DNA of 64,000 nucleotides. Source: Marsupella aquatica. Taxonomy: Eukaryota; Plantae; Marchantiophyta. The notes under the pieces are model-generated. The model worked only from the letters and a program-made list of their open reading frames with translations. It was not told the DNA's origin and did no database searches. Within the stretch, counting starts at the first letter, position 1, and each line of letters starts with the position of its first letter. A program made the position numbers and the translations under genes. The DNA lies in assembly GCA_973895155.1 (NCBI GenBank), contig OZ316899.1, forward strand, positions 4,467,241-4,531,240, in the 5' to 3' direction. This document shows positions 48,592 through 62,696 of the stretch, in pieces.

Positions 48592-51500
48592 CAATGTGAC
48601 ACAGGATTGAGTTGTCGACTTCCAACTGATACAACCTCCACCCAGCATAAACACATAGTCTGTAGTAGACTTCTTGTTATCCAAGTTACCAACATAATCT
48701 GAATTTACAAAACCTTCCAACTCTAATGTAGACTCTGCTTTACCATCAAATAAAATCCCACAATCTAAGGTACCTTTCAGATATTGCAAAACCCACTTCA
48801 CTGCTTCCCAATTAAGCTTACCAGGGTTTGCCATAAATTTACTGAAAATGCTAACGGCATGGGCAATGTCAAGTCTAGTGCATGTCATTGCATACATCAA
48901 ACTACCCACAACACTATCATAGGGAACTTGTTCATTGCCAGTCTATCACTCTCACTAGAAGGACAATCATTTGTTGAGAGTTTGAAGTGGGGAGCCAACT
49001 ATGGAGTACCAATTGGTTTTACATTCTCCATTCCATACTTGGCAAGTACCTTCTCCAAATACTGACCACCATATCCTCCATGTCACAATGAATCTCCATC
49101 CCTAGAATCATCTTGGCCTGACCTAAGTCCTTTGTTGAAAACTCCTTACTCAACATTCCTTTTAGATGGGCAACATCAGACTTATTTTCAGTCAAGATCA
49201 GCATGTCATCCACCTATAGTGTTAGCACAATGTAACCAAAGTGTGAGTAATTCTCCACCTTCATGTAAATATAACAATCATGTTCACTCCGTGTGAATCC
49301 CTGAGACAACATGAAAGAATCAAAATGCTTATTCCATTGGCTGAGACTCTATTTCAATCTATATAACAAGCGTAAGAGCTTACATACCAAGTGTCTGGTC
49401 ATCTTGTCAATAAAATATGGAGATTGAGTCATATAAATCTTCACATCAAGTAATCCATGCAGGAAAACAATAGTTACATCCATCTGATCTAACTCAAGAT
49501 CATAGAATGCCACAATCGCAAGTAAATCACAGATAGTGGTGATTTTGACAATTGGTGAGATATCTCCATGTAGTCCAAGCCCTCATTTTGGGTGTACCCT
49601 TTGGCCATGAGGCGTGCCTTGTAAGTGACATCTTGCTTCTTCTTGACAACCATCTACATGGAACCAGTGTCTTCTCGCAAGGCATGTCAGTTAAGCGCCA
49701 GATTGAATTCTTCTTCAAAGAATTCATCTCCTTCAACATTGCCTCCATCCACTTATCCTTATCGCGAGAGGCCATAGCTTCTTCATAGCTAGAGGGGTCT
49801 ACATCCTCAATGAGCAAAATAACACCAAGATCATCGGCGTGCTCAACAACATGAACACAAGGATTTTCAAAACCAAATCTATCAGGGAGTTGACCAAAAT
49901 TGGCCCTTGTGGAGCGCCTTGGTTGAGGAAGTGCACCTCTACCAGAGGGACCAACAACTTCCTCATCACCACCAAGCTCCACAGCACTGGGTTCCTTCAC
50001 CTATTCCTACTGAATATCCTAGGGTTGTGACAACCATTCTTCATCAAAAACAACATTTATGCTTGCAATTGATAGGATCCCACAATTTATAGCCCTTTGG
50101 CCCAAGACTAAAGCCTAAAAAAATACATTTCTTAGACTTGGGATCCAAATTAGACTTGTGTGTCTACTCAATGTCAACACAAGCAACACAACCAAAAACT
50201 TGTGAGTCTAGAGTAATTAGCAGGTCTCTTATACCATAACTCAAATGGAGTTTACATTAACTTATTACTGTGCGGTGATAGATTGTAGATGTATGCAACT
50301 TGGTTGACAGCTTCAGCCCAAAAAAATTTGGGCAACTTGGACTTACATAGCATGTTGCATGCTTTCTCTAGTAATGTTCAATTCAACCGTTCTGCAACAC
50401 CATTCTGTTGCGGGGTCTCCAGTATAGTGTAATGATGCTTGAGGCCAAGGTCCCAACCAAATTGATCAAACTCATTGCACTTATACTTGCCACCATTATC
50501 TGGCCGAACATACTTTCAACTCCTCCCCAATCTGTAGCTCCACCATGGCTTTCCATTCCTTGAAGATCTCAAATATTTGAGACTTCTCTTTTATGTAGAA
50601 CAGCCAACATATTTGAGAGTAATCATGTATAAACATCACACAACATCTGGCTCCACCCAACAACGGCTTTGGCGTTGGACCCCAAACATTTGAATGTACA
50701 TACTCAAGAATCTCATGAGAATGGTATGAACTAGAACTGAAACTCACTCTCCTTTGCTTGCCAAAGATGAAATCTTTATAGAAAGAGAGTTTACTAAATT
50801 GAGCGCCTTGCAACAAATCTCTATTTGCCAAGGCTGCCAATCCTTTATCACTCAAGTGCCCCAATTGTGCATGCCACGGATCTATGGCTTGTGTGTAACT
50901 AGATGTTGAGGGTGCTTCAATTAAAGTAGTCGTAGATGGCCCTACGACAGATGTTGCCATTCCATCTGAATGTTCCACTATAGAATCCACATGCTCCACT
51001 CTAGAAGGAATGATGTTTCCTTGCAAGATGTACAAATTATTCTACCGTAGTGCCTCAATCAAAGATATATAATCTTTGATGGCAAAGAACGCACCATCAC
51101 GTGTAATGAAATGAGATCCACCGGCTTCCAAAGCACCAAGAGAAATTAAGTTCTTAGAGATGTCTAGTATGTGCCTGACTACTGTTAGTGCTCGCACAAC
51201 ACCATCAAACATCCAAAATTGGATAGTCCCCATGCCAATGATTGCACATTGAACATCATTTTGAATTTCCACAGTACCGGTCTAAGGTTGGTAAGTGGAG
51301 AAATACAATTGTGTTGGACACACGTGATAAGAGGAACCCAAATCCAAGAACCATTTATTGCCATACACAACATTCACAACACCAATACATAGCACTTTAG
51401 CAACATCCTCATTATCAACAATCACAATACCAGATGACAATGAGTACACACCATTGGAAGCAGGACACTTCTGCTTTGATAGAGAAGGACAATTCCACTT

Positions 51501-52063
51501 GGTGTGATTTAGATCTAGACTAATCTGTAGTACGCTCTATCAATTTGCCTCTAACCATTAAGGCAACAGACTCATTATCACGGCTAGGAAGTTGTTGCTT
51601 GCTCCATTCTGCAAGAATGGTAGCCTTCACCTCATCCAGCTTTAACATAGACTTATCATGTGTGATGATCGTCACCAACGTCAAATAGCTCTAAGGAAGA
51701 GACATCAATAGATGCATTGCAAGATACTGATCGATCAACTTGTCTTTTGCCGTGGTCACCTCGTGCACAATCTCATCAAAGAGACTAAGGTGATCATGCG
51801 TGTTTCCACCATCCTTCAACCTCAACCTGAATAGCCGCTCCAAGTGGTAAATGCAAGTAGTCAACAAAATACATTGGTATAGTTGAGCAAGCATATCCTG
51901 GATCTTATTGGCGTTACGACCCATCCCTGACACGTTCTTGAGAATTTGTTTGCCAAGAACAACTCAATTATGCTACACACTTGCACTGACATGTCTTCCC
52001 ACTCCTCATCTGTCACAGTCAAGGGCTTTGCTCCAGTGATGGTCTTCTCAAGACCCTGCTGGA

Positions 52064-54821
52064 TGTCACGCAATTGACATGGGTCTTAACACCAAAAATG
52101 TCACTATTGGGTGCCAAAATCATCTCCTTGTACCTGAGGATCACGAAGGGATGCTGTGAAGGCCGATAAACACCAGTTTATGCCCTTAACACCAGACTAT
52201 CATAGCAAGACTCTGTCACACATCACCCAAGCTCAATCCCTAGGACCAAGGTTGGGAATCAGATCCTGTGCTCATGATAGTTCTGGTGAGAAGGGGTCTT
52301 CATATCGGGTATGTACACACAGGGCCTAGCGCTATGGTGCGCATATGTCTATACGTATGTTTATTGTCATAGGTATATTTCTATTTTGTCGTCGGAATGT
52401 ACCTATAAACTAGTGACTCCTGACTGATTCCCGACTTAGGGACTTCTAAGCCATTGCACCACCACTCTGCCATTCCATTCTCAGCAATCAAAGCTATCAC
52501 AGCCCTCACCCAACCCACTTCAATGCACCCGGTACACCTCTCAGTGGCGCTGCTAGTCCCATCATACACTCAGATTGCCTCACACACACACACACACACA
52601 CATCCATGAGAGAAATGAGGCCTGAGAGGAAAACTCAATTAGATTCAAAGATGTGCACAATAGTTCACTGAGAACACTTGATCTGAACAATAGGCCCGAA
52701 GGCTGTCTACTCCATATTGCAACGTGCTTGCCCTGCAAGCCTTGTGCTTGCCATGCAAGCTCAATCCTGAATCTGAGCCTGACTCACTCCAGATTGCGAT
52801 GGCAGATTGGACTCAAACCAATCCCGTACTTGCCTTGCAAACTCAATCCTGAACTCAACCTCCTTCACTGCACTTCATTCTTGGGGGCACATACAAATCT
52901 CACACCTCCATTTCAGAATGGCAAGTTACGCATGCACAGTTGACTCGACTTCAAAGTTGGTACTAGGCCTAACGACAATCTACCCCAGACTGCAATGAGG
53001 CCCGGCCTCGCGCTTGCCCTGCAAGCTCAACTCTGGCCATAAATCCCTTGTGCTCTCTACCAGACAAAGGTCGGGACTCCCCATGGATCACGTAGCCTTG
53101 CCAGACTAAACTGTAAATGCTCATCCTACTGCCCCTCAATCAGTATCTGAGCCTCCCTAATGTGCTCACCGCAAATCACATTGAAATCCTCCCCATATTT
53201 TACAATCACCAACACATCACCTATCACCAAGGCTGTGTATCGGGGGAAAAGAACCCAGTGGTGTTGCCTACTAGAAAGAGCCACAATCCAACTTGCAAAC
53301 CTGACCAACTATTGTTGTGAAGCATGGCTGATCACTCCCTGAGTAATAGCACAACCAAGCTCTCCCCAACACACAGCTTCCAAGCCCAGCCTTCCTTGCA
53401 CAGAGCTCCTCCCTGCTGCTCAGTCTACATGAGATCACACAACTGAAGTCCCCCCTGCATCTACCGGGGGGCTGCTCTATATACTCTTACATTGAGCCCA
53501 AATGGGTGGATGCTACGCTGTTGGAGCCCCATCCCAGCCCTAACAGAGCCGCCACTATCTCTAACTACCAAACCCTAACTCACAGCTTTATTTCTATCTC
53601 GAATTGGCTATGTACTTCGGATTTGGCCCTCCTCCATAGTTTTTGTGAGCTTGCGCCTCCTCTCGCAATTTCTCTATTCAACCATTTGTTGCGTGGATAG
53701 CAGCGTTGGAAGCGGCTTGAGCTCCTCTTTCCAACAAGGTCAATTATAGCCAATCTGGTCAAATACACAAAGAGTTATGCCCCTGCAACCGCGAGGGGGT
53801 ACTCACTGTTGCGCTAACCCGAGTTACATAGCTAACCCGAGTTCGGCTAACCTAGCTATCCTATCTAACCCGAGTAGAGCTAACCCGTTGTCTCAGGTTA
53901 GGCCGCTACCCGCTATCCTCTAACCTAGGCTAAGCTGAGCCCAAACCCGAGCTTACCTATGCTAACCCGAGCCCGAGTTTAGGCTAACCCGAGTTCAATC
54001 TAACCCGGGATCAATCTAATCCGAACTCGGGTTAACCCTAAGCTGAAGCTGTGCTGACTTGAGCTAAGCTGAAACCGTGCTGACCTGAGCTAAGCTGAAG
54101 CCGTGCTCACAAAAGCTAAGCCGTGGCCGAGCTTAGGTTTACCCAAAACCGAAGCCGAATCCGCTAATTCCGGCCACAAGTTAACCCGTCACACTAATCA
54201 GGCCGTATCTTTCATAGTACACCTTTGTTTCCCAAGTGTTTTATATCAATTTTACTCGCCTTGACCAGATCTTTCCAATGCTCTTTACAGATCGGGATTT
54301 AGTGACGTATTGAACGAGATATGGTCACCAACCACCCGCGACATAGCCTTTTATTTCCCTAACATTCTAAGACTAGACTATGAACCACTAACCTAACTAA
54401 CAAAATGAAGCTACACACCCAAGACATTTAGATTTCATCGTGAGAACAATCACCATACCCCACAACTTCATATTTAGCTATGGAGACTCGCTTCCTTGAA
54501 TTACCACGCCTACCTCCGTACCGGTGTCTTAATTGAAGAGCCTCCATGCTCCATCTTGCTTGTCAAGAAGATGGTATGCTTGAAGAGCTGAATCCTCTCT
54601 TCCCCAGTTTCTCCTTTATGGCCTTGACAATGACTACCTCAACTGTGTCTACCTTGGTTGTGCAGTCTTCAAGCTGAAATACCTTTATCCCTACTCTTAA
54701 TGCTATGATTGCCCTTATTCTTGCCAGCTTGCTAATTGTTATGCAATATCAATAGCTACTCCGTGCATATGCAGCCTAGTTAATCAGATTATAGAATAAG
54801 GACCATGTCATTGGCATCACA
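52064..54821. mobile_element. Family B solo LTR, copy 2 (2758 bp; longest complete copy; inverted relative to copies 1 and 3)
   Basis: TGTCACGCAATTG...GGCATCACA. Perfect TSD CTGGA. Splits the copia gag (VTNVLIQ|QGLEKTITG). TATA-like CTCTATATACT at ~53475 is followed by a pyrimidine-rich tract with AAACCCTAA. Confidence 0.92.
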
Positions 54822-55451
54822 CTGGATCAACACGTTGGTCACCTTCCATGTCCAAAGGCTGAAGTTGACCTTCCCGTCAAACTTCTCCACCTCAAACTTT
54901 GGCGCTGCAAGCTTTTGGGAAGCCATGGATGCTTCCACAAACACACAGAAAAAACACAACCAAAACACCTCAACCCAAAAAATCACCAAAAAATTAAAGT
55001 TGACAAAAGTGGAAATGGAATGCACTGCCCCGTAGCTTGCAAGGTACACTAACAAGATCTGAAAATGATTTGGCAAAAAACTTCTTCAGAAAGAACTTAT
55101 ACAACCCAAACGAGAGGGGGATTTTGACCCCCGTCGGGTATCTTAGGCCCCAAATGATTTTTGCAATAGCAACACACAAATCAATTTCACTAACCCATGC
55201 TGAACTCCCTCAATATCCCCTTGCAAAGTCTGACAAAAAAATTCTTCCTTGACAACCGCCAAATTTGGAATTTTTTTGTAAAAAAATCAGCTCTTTGGAA
55301 AGGAATATTGCCAGAGGAATAAAAATACAAAATACTTTTATAACAAAAGGATTGTAGAGCTGACACTTGTCCAATTGGAAAGGAAAAGAATTTGAGGAAA
55401 GAAAAAGACAAAAAATACCGTTAAAAGAAACAACAATGAGAACTAAGGATG

Positions 55452-58400
55452 TATTGTGATAGATTGAACAACTGTATTTCCATTCCCTTCCATATCCTTA
55501 CATATAGGCTTTCCAATAGCCTGGTGGTTAGGCAGTTAGTGTGACCTAACCTGAGTAGGCGTAATCCTAGTTAACCTTATCTATGGTCTAGTTAACTCAG
55601 GTTACAACACTCCCCCTTGGGTGTAACAGGATTCAGGGGAGGATTGTTGCACCCACTTCTAGCCTACTCTAATTGTGAAATGTTTATTCTAAGGTTTATT
55701 GGTTGGGGGGAATGTAACCTCATTAAAACCCCCCCTCCTTTCTTGCTGGCGGAAAGAGTGTTACCATTCCATCCTTAAAAACCTTATAATTTTGGTTAAT
55801 TTATGAGTAATCGAGTTAGTAGAATCTTTTACGATGTAAAGTTATCGTAACTTGTAAAGACCTAAAAATCTCATTGTGGTCCCGCTTGGTAATTCATGGA
55901 GGAGCGGATATCTTGCGCTGTGATTCTTGGCGATGGTAGTGGTGTGCAATTGGTGTTGGCTGCTGCACTGTGAAGATCGTCTCGCATGGAGTGGGCGTCG
56001 TCATTTTCGCTTGGGGGTGTTTGTAACTGCATTGTTGGTGGTCGTTCTTGCTAATGTCGGGGGATTCTTCTCTGATCAATTCTCTTCTGCGCGATTGAAG
56101 TGTCGGGAAGTGGATGTGGCAAACTGTAGCTAGTGGGATTTGTTCCTGGCTATTTTATAGATGAGGTTTCGTATTGCTCCCCCTGACATTGTCGTTTATT
56201 TTTGTGGCTCTCTTATAGTCATTCTTTGCGTCGTGTTGACGTAGCTGCCGTTTTGCTCCAGAATGTTACTATCTTTGAACGAGTGATTGAGTGCTCCCCC
56301 TGATGTTGTCAATTCTTTGAATTAGTCTGGCTTTGGTGTTTGTCTTCTCAAGTGAGTCAGCAGCATCGATCCCGAAAGTAGTTGGTGGTGAGCTGGGTCG
56401 CATTTCTCCCTCTTATCGAAGGTAAAATTTTGTAAAGAATACTATTCTTGAGGTTTGAATGGCTGTTTGTTTGAGGGTTTGGATCTCTCCCTGATTGCCA
56501 TAAGCATGTCTGCTGTGATCTTTGTTTGAGATCTGTTCGAGTTGAGCTGGTCCAAGCTTCGCGGTGTAGCCTACAGATCGGGTCTCCCCTTGAGCAAAAA
56601 ACGAGCGCTTCCACTATAAGTATAATTGTGTTTAATTTTGTAGTTCAGTTAAGGTCCGTAGACCTACTAAGATTGCATGTTGTTTATGCAATGCAGGAGC
56701 TAGGGATTTTGTAAACATGTCAGCAATGTTCTGTGAGCTTTGTATCCATTTAACTTGAATACTACTTCCTTGCTGTTCATGCGTGAAAAAGAACTTAGGA
56801 GCAATGTGTTTGGTTCCGTCTCCCTTGATAAAGCCTGCTTGAATTTGTTCAACGCAGGCTCTGTTATCTTCGTGAATTTCCGTCGGTGTTGACAGTGTAG
56901 GTATGCTTGTATTCTCATGAATGTGATTGATAACGTTGCGTAGCCAGATACACTCCCTACTTGATTCGTAGAGAGCTATTATCTCGGAGTGGTTGGATGA
57001 TGTAGTAGTTAATGTTTGCTTGCAACTTCGCCATGAAATTGCTGTCTCGCCCATCAAGAAAACATATCCGGTCTGAGACTTTGCATCCTCAGGGTCTGAA
57101 AGGTAACCTGCATCAGCATACCCAGTGAGTAAGTATTTAGCATCTGATGGGTAAAATAGTCCCAGATCTATGGTACCTGCTAGGTAGCGGGAAAATGTGC
57201 TTTATGCCATTCCAATGCCTTGGCACTATGGCGTGCCAGTAGGTTTACTACGAAGGCTATGTCAGGCCTTGTCTGGTTTGAAAGGAACATCAGGACACCT
57301 ATAGCAGATAGGTATGGCTTTTCTGGGCCAAGTAGTGGCTCCATCTCGCTTTTCTTCCGGAAGAGATCCTTTTCTTTATCAAGTGAGCGGATGTCCATGG
57401 GAGATCTGACTGCAGTGGCTTTGTCCATGTTAAATTGCCTTAGAATCTTTTTGATGTACGTGGACTGATTCAGTAAAATGCCATTGTGCAGGTGCTCAAA
57501 TTGCAGGCCTAGGCAAAAAGAAGTCTGGCCTAGGTCGCGCATCTCGAAGGCCTTTTTCAATAGTGTAATAGTTTTAGTCAGAATCTTTTTAGTTCCGAAC
57601 AGGTTCAGATCGTCCACATAGATGGCTACTATAATAAATTCCTTGTTCTCCCGCTTCAGGAATAAGCAGGGTGCTATGTCTACATTCTTAAATCTCATAG
57701 CCTGCATCTCGGCCTTAAATCGTTTGTACCATGTCAGGCCACTTTGCTTAAGGCCATACAGTGATCTTAACACCTGTACTGCGAATCGAGTTCTCCGAGT
57801 GATATCTCTCTGATTCTGTATAGGGACTTTAAGGGCTATCTTTGCTGCAGTCTTGTGGAGTATTGCTGAATTGGTATGCTCAAATGTTTCCGGCTGGTTT
57901 CGAGTTGCTGCTTTATCGATTTGTTTCCCTTTGCTGTGGTATTCGACTCGTTTCACCAATTCTGGAGGGGCCTCCATGTATATAACTTTGTCTAAGTGTC
58001 CATATAAATACGCTGTCACAATATCCATTTGATGCATGGATAAGTGGTGGCGTTGTGAAAATGTAATCAGGTACCTGTAGGTAATGACATCCATTACCGG
58101 CGAGTATGTGAGGTCATAGTCTCTGCCCTGGACTTGAGTGAATCCCCGGGCCACCAGTCTGGCCTTGTGTCTTGTTACCTCGCCTTTTGCATTTCTTTTC
58201 TTTACGAGGGTCCATTTATACCCTGTGAGATGTACTTCAGGTTCTGCTATTGTGATTGGGCCAAATACCTGGCGGGCTATTAATAAGTCCAGTTCTAAAT
58301 GGATGGCCTGTTCTCATTCAGGCCAGTCAGGTTGGACCTCAGCTTCTTTGATTGTTCGAGGGTCAGGCAGTTCGTCTTCAATCTGCTGTGCTATGTGGAA

Positions 58401-61400
58401 TGCGAATTGTTCATCTATTGTAGTGTGCTCTCTGTCCTACATGTCCGGTTCTTCCATAGTATTTGATATCTCTGCATTGTCTTCTGGTACATTTGGTTGA
58501 CTTGTAGTTGGATCCCTGGTTGATGGGCTGGGTGCAGGTGCTGGGGCAGCTCTATGCTATCTTGGTTGCTTGTCGACAGATCCCAGTGGGTGGCCTCTCT
58601 TTGCTTTCGGGGCTGTTGCTGATGCTAGTGGGGTCTCCATTTGTATTCTGGATGGGGCGTTTGCTGCTGGGATATGGGAGCGTGTCACCTGGGCGGCATC
58701 TGCGAAGGAGTCTGGTAGGCGTTTTGCCATCCTTGCTAGGTGTAAGATTCGTTGTACTTCAGTGTCCGCATGACTATCCCTTGGGTCGTTCCAGAAGCCG
58801 ACATCAATTTGCCAAGTAAGTTGGGAGGTTTTCTCTGTGTCAAGTTGCTTTGTATGTAGGCTGGGAAAAATATCTTTGTAGAAGTGGCAATCTGCAAAGC
58901 GTGCTTTGAAGACATCGGATGTTGTAGGCTCCATATATCTGATGATTGAAGCTGAGTCAAAACCTATGTATATTCCTGGGTGTCTCTGGGGTCCCATCTT
59001 AGTTCTCTTAGGTCCCAGGATGGGCACCATTACTTTACAGCCGAACGTTCTCAAGTGAGAGACATTTGGTATGGTCCCCAGTGCTAGGTGATGTGGGGTA
59101 GAGGAATTAAAAGATGATGGTCTATAATTGAGTAGTGCAGCAGAGTGGAGAATGGCATGACTCCAAGCAGCTGTTGGTAAGTTTGTTTGCATTAGTAGGG
59201 GTCTGGCAATCAGCTGCAGTCGTTTAATCAAGGATTCGGCTATTCCATTCTGAAAATGGACATGGGGTACTGGGTACTGGACATCAATGCCCGTGGCCTG
59301 GCAAAATCTTCAAACGTCTTAGAGGTAAATTCACCAGCATTATCTACTCTCAGTGTTTTAATTTGGTTTTTAGGGAATTGAGCTCTCAATTTTAGTATGT
59401 GGGCAAGGAGTCTGGAGAATACCAGGTTTCGTGTAGATAGTAAGGATATCTGACTCCATTTTGTTGATGCATCTATGATTGTCAGGAAAAATTGGAATGG
59501 GCCACTTGGAGGGTCAATCGGCCCGCATACGTCAGCATGTATGCACTCTAGGAAGTGGGGGATTTGGCGCTCAGTTGTAGGTGGTGAGGGCCGGATTATG
59601 AGCTTGCCCTGTGAGCAAGCTAAACAGGGAGCTTTCATGGACGTGGGGTGGACCATTTCCGATATGCCCAGGGTTTCTCTAATCAATTTCTGGAACATTG
59701 TTGTTCCAGGGTGGCCCAGTCTCTTGTGCCAGATCTCGGTAAGTGTGCCTTGGGGTGTTCCACTGTAGAAGCTGTGGATTTCAATAGTGTAACAATTGGG
59801 GGGTGATGCTCTCAGGATCTCTCTGATCTTGGTATTTGTTGGTTCCCCCGAGGTGATGTACAAGACTTCCCGTCCTTGTTGAGTGCCCGTCTTAATATGC
59901 AGTTTGTTAGCACGGATATCCCCAAAGCTTAGTAAGTTTCTGGTTGCCTTTGGGGTGTATATTGCAGACTCCACATGAATTATCGTCCCACGGGGTAGGG
60001 TGACCAATGCTGGTCCAAATCCCTCTTCCAATTGATGTTGGCCCATAATCGTTGTAAGTTTTCTTTGGGATGGTATAATTTGCTTAAAGTATTCCTTATG
60101 CTTAAAAATGGAATACTATGTACCACTGTCGACTATGCATTGGGAAAAATTTTCTTTGATACTAGAATCAGGTGTGGTCTTTGATATGACCATGTTTATA
60201 GTTGGTATAATTTCTGTGGATTCTAGGAAAGTCCCATACGTCTCAGGTTCATTTTGTGCAGTGCTCTTCTTATATAGTTGCACCAGGTGTGCAGGTGTAT
60301 GGCATAATTTTGAATGTGGCCTTTAGTGCCACAACAAAAATAGGTAGAGGGGTTTTTGTATTTATCTCTTTGAGTGCTTTGCTGTTGATTTGTCCTCGCT
60401 CGGGGTTGATAGTTGCCTTGCTGCCAATTGTTTTTGAAGTTATCGCCGGTGTTTTGGTATCTTCCCCTGGATCTGCCTTTGAAGTTGTTGCTTCTGCCTC
60501 CGCGTCCTCTGAAAGAGCTACCTCGGCCTCTGTATGTGTTTCTCCCCCTGAAACTACCTCGACCACGGTAAGATGAGCCCTCTCCCCTTTGGGTTGTAAC
60601 GTAGTGGGATTCTGAATTTGTGACTGGAGGGAGAGTTCCAAGGGGTTGTTTTTGGGAATTCTGTAATAGCAATAGCTGGTGCGTTTCAGCCAGGAGCATA
60701 TGGGCAATCAACTCGGAATATTGTGTGAATCGCATATTGCGATATTGGGTAGAGAGAATAAGATTTGTAGGTGAAGGGTAGAGAGCGTTTTCTCAATCTG
60801 ATCGTCATCATTAATGGGGTGGCCAATTGGGATACAATCCGAAATAATTTGCAATTGTAATCCACGATTGTTTTATGGTCTTGGACCCGGAGATTATCCA
60901 ATTGTGTCTGGCCGCAGGCAGGTGTATGGTGCGCGTGTGGTCGAAGCATGATTGAAGTGCATCCCAAAGGACTCTCAAATTATATTTGTTCATGTACTGT
61001 CGCTTCAGAGAGTCACTCAAATGGTGTCAAATTAGTATCAATGCCTGCACTTTTTGCTGAAGTGTTTGGCCATTGTCAGTTATTACTGTATCCTGTAGAT
61101 TCTTTGAAGTTAGATGAGCTTCAGCATCGAGCGTCCAGGACAAATAGTTGGCACCATCGATGCTGAGTGGTTGAAATAAGAGTTTCTGCATAGAATTCTT
61201 TGACATATTGCTAGATTCTAGTGGTATAATTTCTTATTGGTAAGCACATGGTTGCAATTGTATTTGGGTGTCCAATCTCAATTTCATTCAATTGTTGAAA
61301 TTTGAGAAAGAGGAAATGGAATTGCAAATTGTAGTTGGTGAATTGTAATTTCTTATCTCAATCGTCCAATTCGTTTCATGTGTAATTTTGATTTATAACC

Positions 61401-61702
61401 TTCCATCCCCCTTGATTGATCTGACCACCGTTGCACCTTTTCCTGCCATAAATCCTTTCCTAAAAGGTTGCCAGTCTATCTCAAAAGAAGAAAGAGGGAT
61501 GATTTTTAAAAAAATTGATTCAAATCAGCATCGTGCTGATAAGGTGTTGTGATAGATTGAACAACTGTATTTCCATTCCCTTCCATATCCTTACATATAG
61601 GCTTTCCAATAGCCTGGTGGTTAGGCAGTTAGTGTGACCTAACCTGAGTAGGCGTAATCCTAGTTAACCTTATCTATGGTCTAGTTAACTCAGGTTACAA
61701 CA
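55452..61702 (-). mobile_element. Ty1/copia LTR retrotransposon, Bianca-type (element 3)
   Basis: 158-bp LTRs 55452-55609 and 61545-61702 (1 mismatch, in the terminal dinucleotide). TSD GGATG. PBS (plus view CGTGCTGATAAGG) 61532-61544. PPT 55610-55619. Confidence 0.95.
56632..61206 (-). pseudogene. gag-pol: gag-pol of Bianca element 3 (multiple frameshifts and stops)
   Basis: Gag MQKLLFQPLSIDGANYLSWTLDAE; INT WHKRLGHPG, IHADVCGP, RVDNAGEF; RT ARGFTQ, YGLKQSG, YVDDL; RH EDNRAC...DMFTKSL. Confidence 0.92.
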
Positions 61703-62006
61703 GGATGAACAATTGTCACTCCCAACCTCAATTTTTTTAAAAACAATTCATCCTTGCCCCCCATGCATAGGTTGCGCATCCACCCTTTGCCTCTGCCCTC
61801 CATCCAACTGCGTACCAGGTATAGGGGCCTGCAACGCCCCCACTTGTACCCCCTTAAAATACACTTGAGCCCTCTTGGCTCATCATAGGATTGTGTGCCT
61901 GGAAGTAAATGCTCCCGAGAGGAGGGAGATTAAATCTCCACTCACACCCCTCCTTTAGATTGCAGCATAAGGCCTCATGCCCTCTCACACTGCCACAACC
62001 CTTAGT

Positions 62007-62260
62007 GGCTCCCTAAAGACCTTGAGCCCTCCTGCAAGCTCTTGCATAGGGCAATGAGCCCAGGTTAAATGTTCCCAAGGGAAGGGAGTGTTTTGCTCCC
62101 CCTCTTCAATGCTCTTTCATAGGGCCTCAAGCCGGCTCCCTAAAGACCTTGAGCCCTCCTTCAAGCTCTTGCATAGGGCAATGAGCCCAGGTTAAATGTT
62201 CCCAAGGGAAGGGAGTGTTTTGCTCCCCCTCTTCAATGCTCTTTCATAGGGCCTCAAGCC
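62007..62260. repeat. 127-bp near-perfect tandem duplication
   Basis: 62007-62133 vs 62134-62260; one substitution seen. Confidence 0.9.
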
Positions 62261-62696
62261 CTGCTATGGATTGCAAGCTCCCAAGGGAAGGGAGACTTGT
62301 AGCTTGTACTGGGCAGGGTACAAGGACCTTTAATGCCCCCTCATACTCCCTTCCTAATTGATTTGGGCCTCATGCCCTCACACCTTGAGCTCCCATGAGA
62401 AGGGAGCTTTGAACTCCCCTTCTCCACTTAATGCAGTACCTTTGGGTACTCAGTACCTCTCCTACATGCTTGTACCACCATGAGGACTCTACTATGGCCC
62501 TAATTGCCTCGCGTATCTCCGCCCCCTCCTGCCCAATGTGAACACTGCAATTCTGTCTGCAGTGTCACATAAAGCTGCAATATGGCAATGACAAGGCACA
62601 AAGAAAGAAAATTGTTGAATTGTGCTCCCAATATCCTTTGGAAACACTATGACATGTCCAATACTTCAATGAAGTTTCAATCGGGAAATTGTCATC

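Larger units (their letters stand above)
46434..54926 (-). mobile_element. gag-pol: Decayed Ty1/copia element, Tork/Tnt1-like, with two nested insertions; 5' LTR not seen
   Basis: Gag MASQKLAAPKFEVEKFDGKVNFSLW at 54926; GAG-pre-integrase WHAQLGHLSDKG; INT LEYVHSNVWGP; RT (MDDML, GSLMYAMTCTRLDIA); RH SWKSTTQSCVTLS|TTKAEY...CDSQSA...KHVDI. PPT AAGGTGGAGAT 46689-46699. The putative 3' LTR is ~46434-46688, with an uncertain outer edge. Confidence 0.85.

Noticed and set aside
47106-48593. Canonical TG..CA reading of the 1.48-kb insertion
   Set aside because: It would leave only a 1-bp duplication, whereas the AG..CT reading gives a perfect 5-bp TSD. Kept only as an alternative.
61806-61817. CTGCGTACCA as the PBS of the Tork-like copia, with a 5' LTR to its right
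   Set aside because: Poor match to the expected GCTCTGATACCA, and the following sequence does not match the LTR at 46434-46688.
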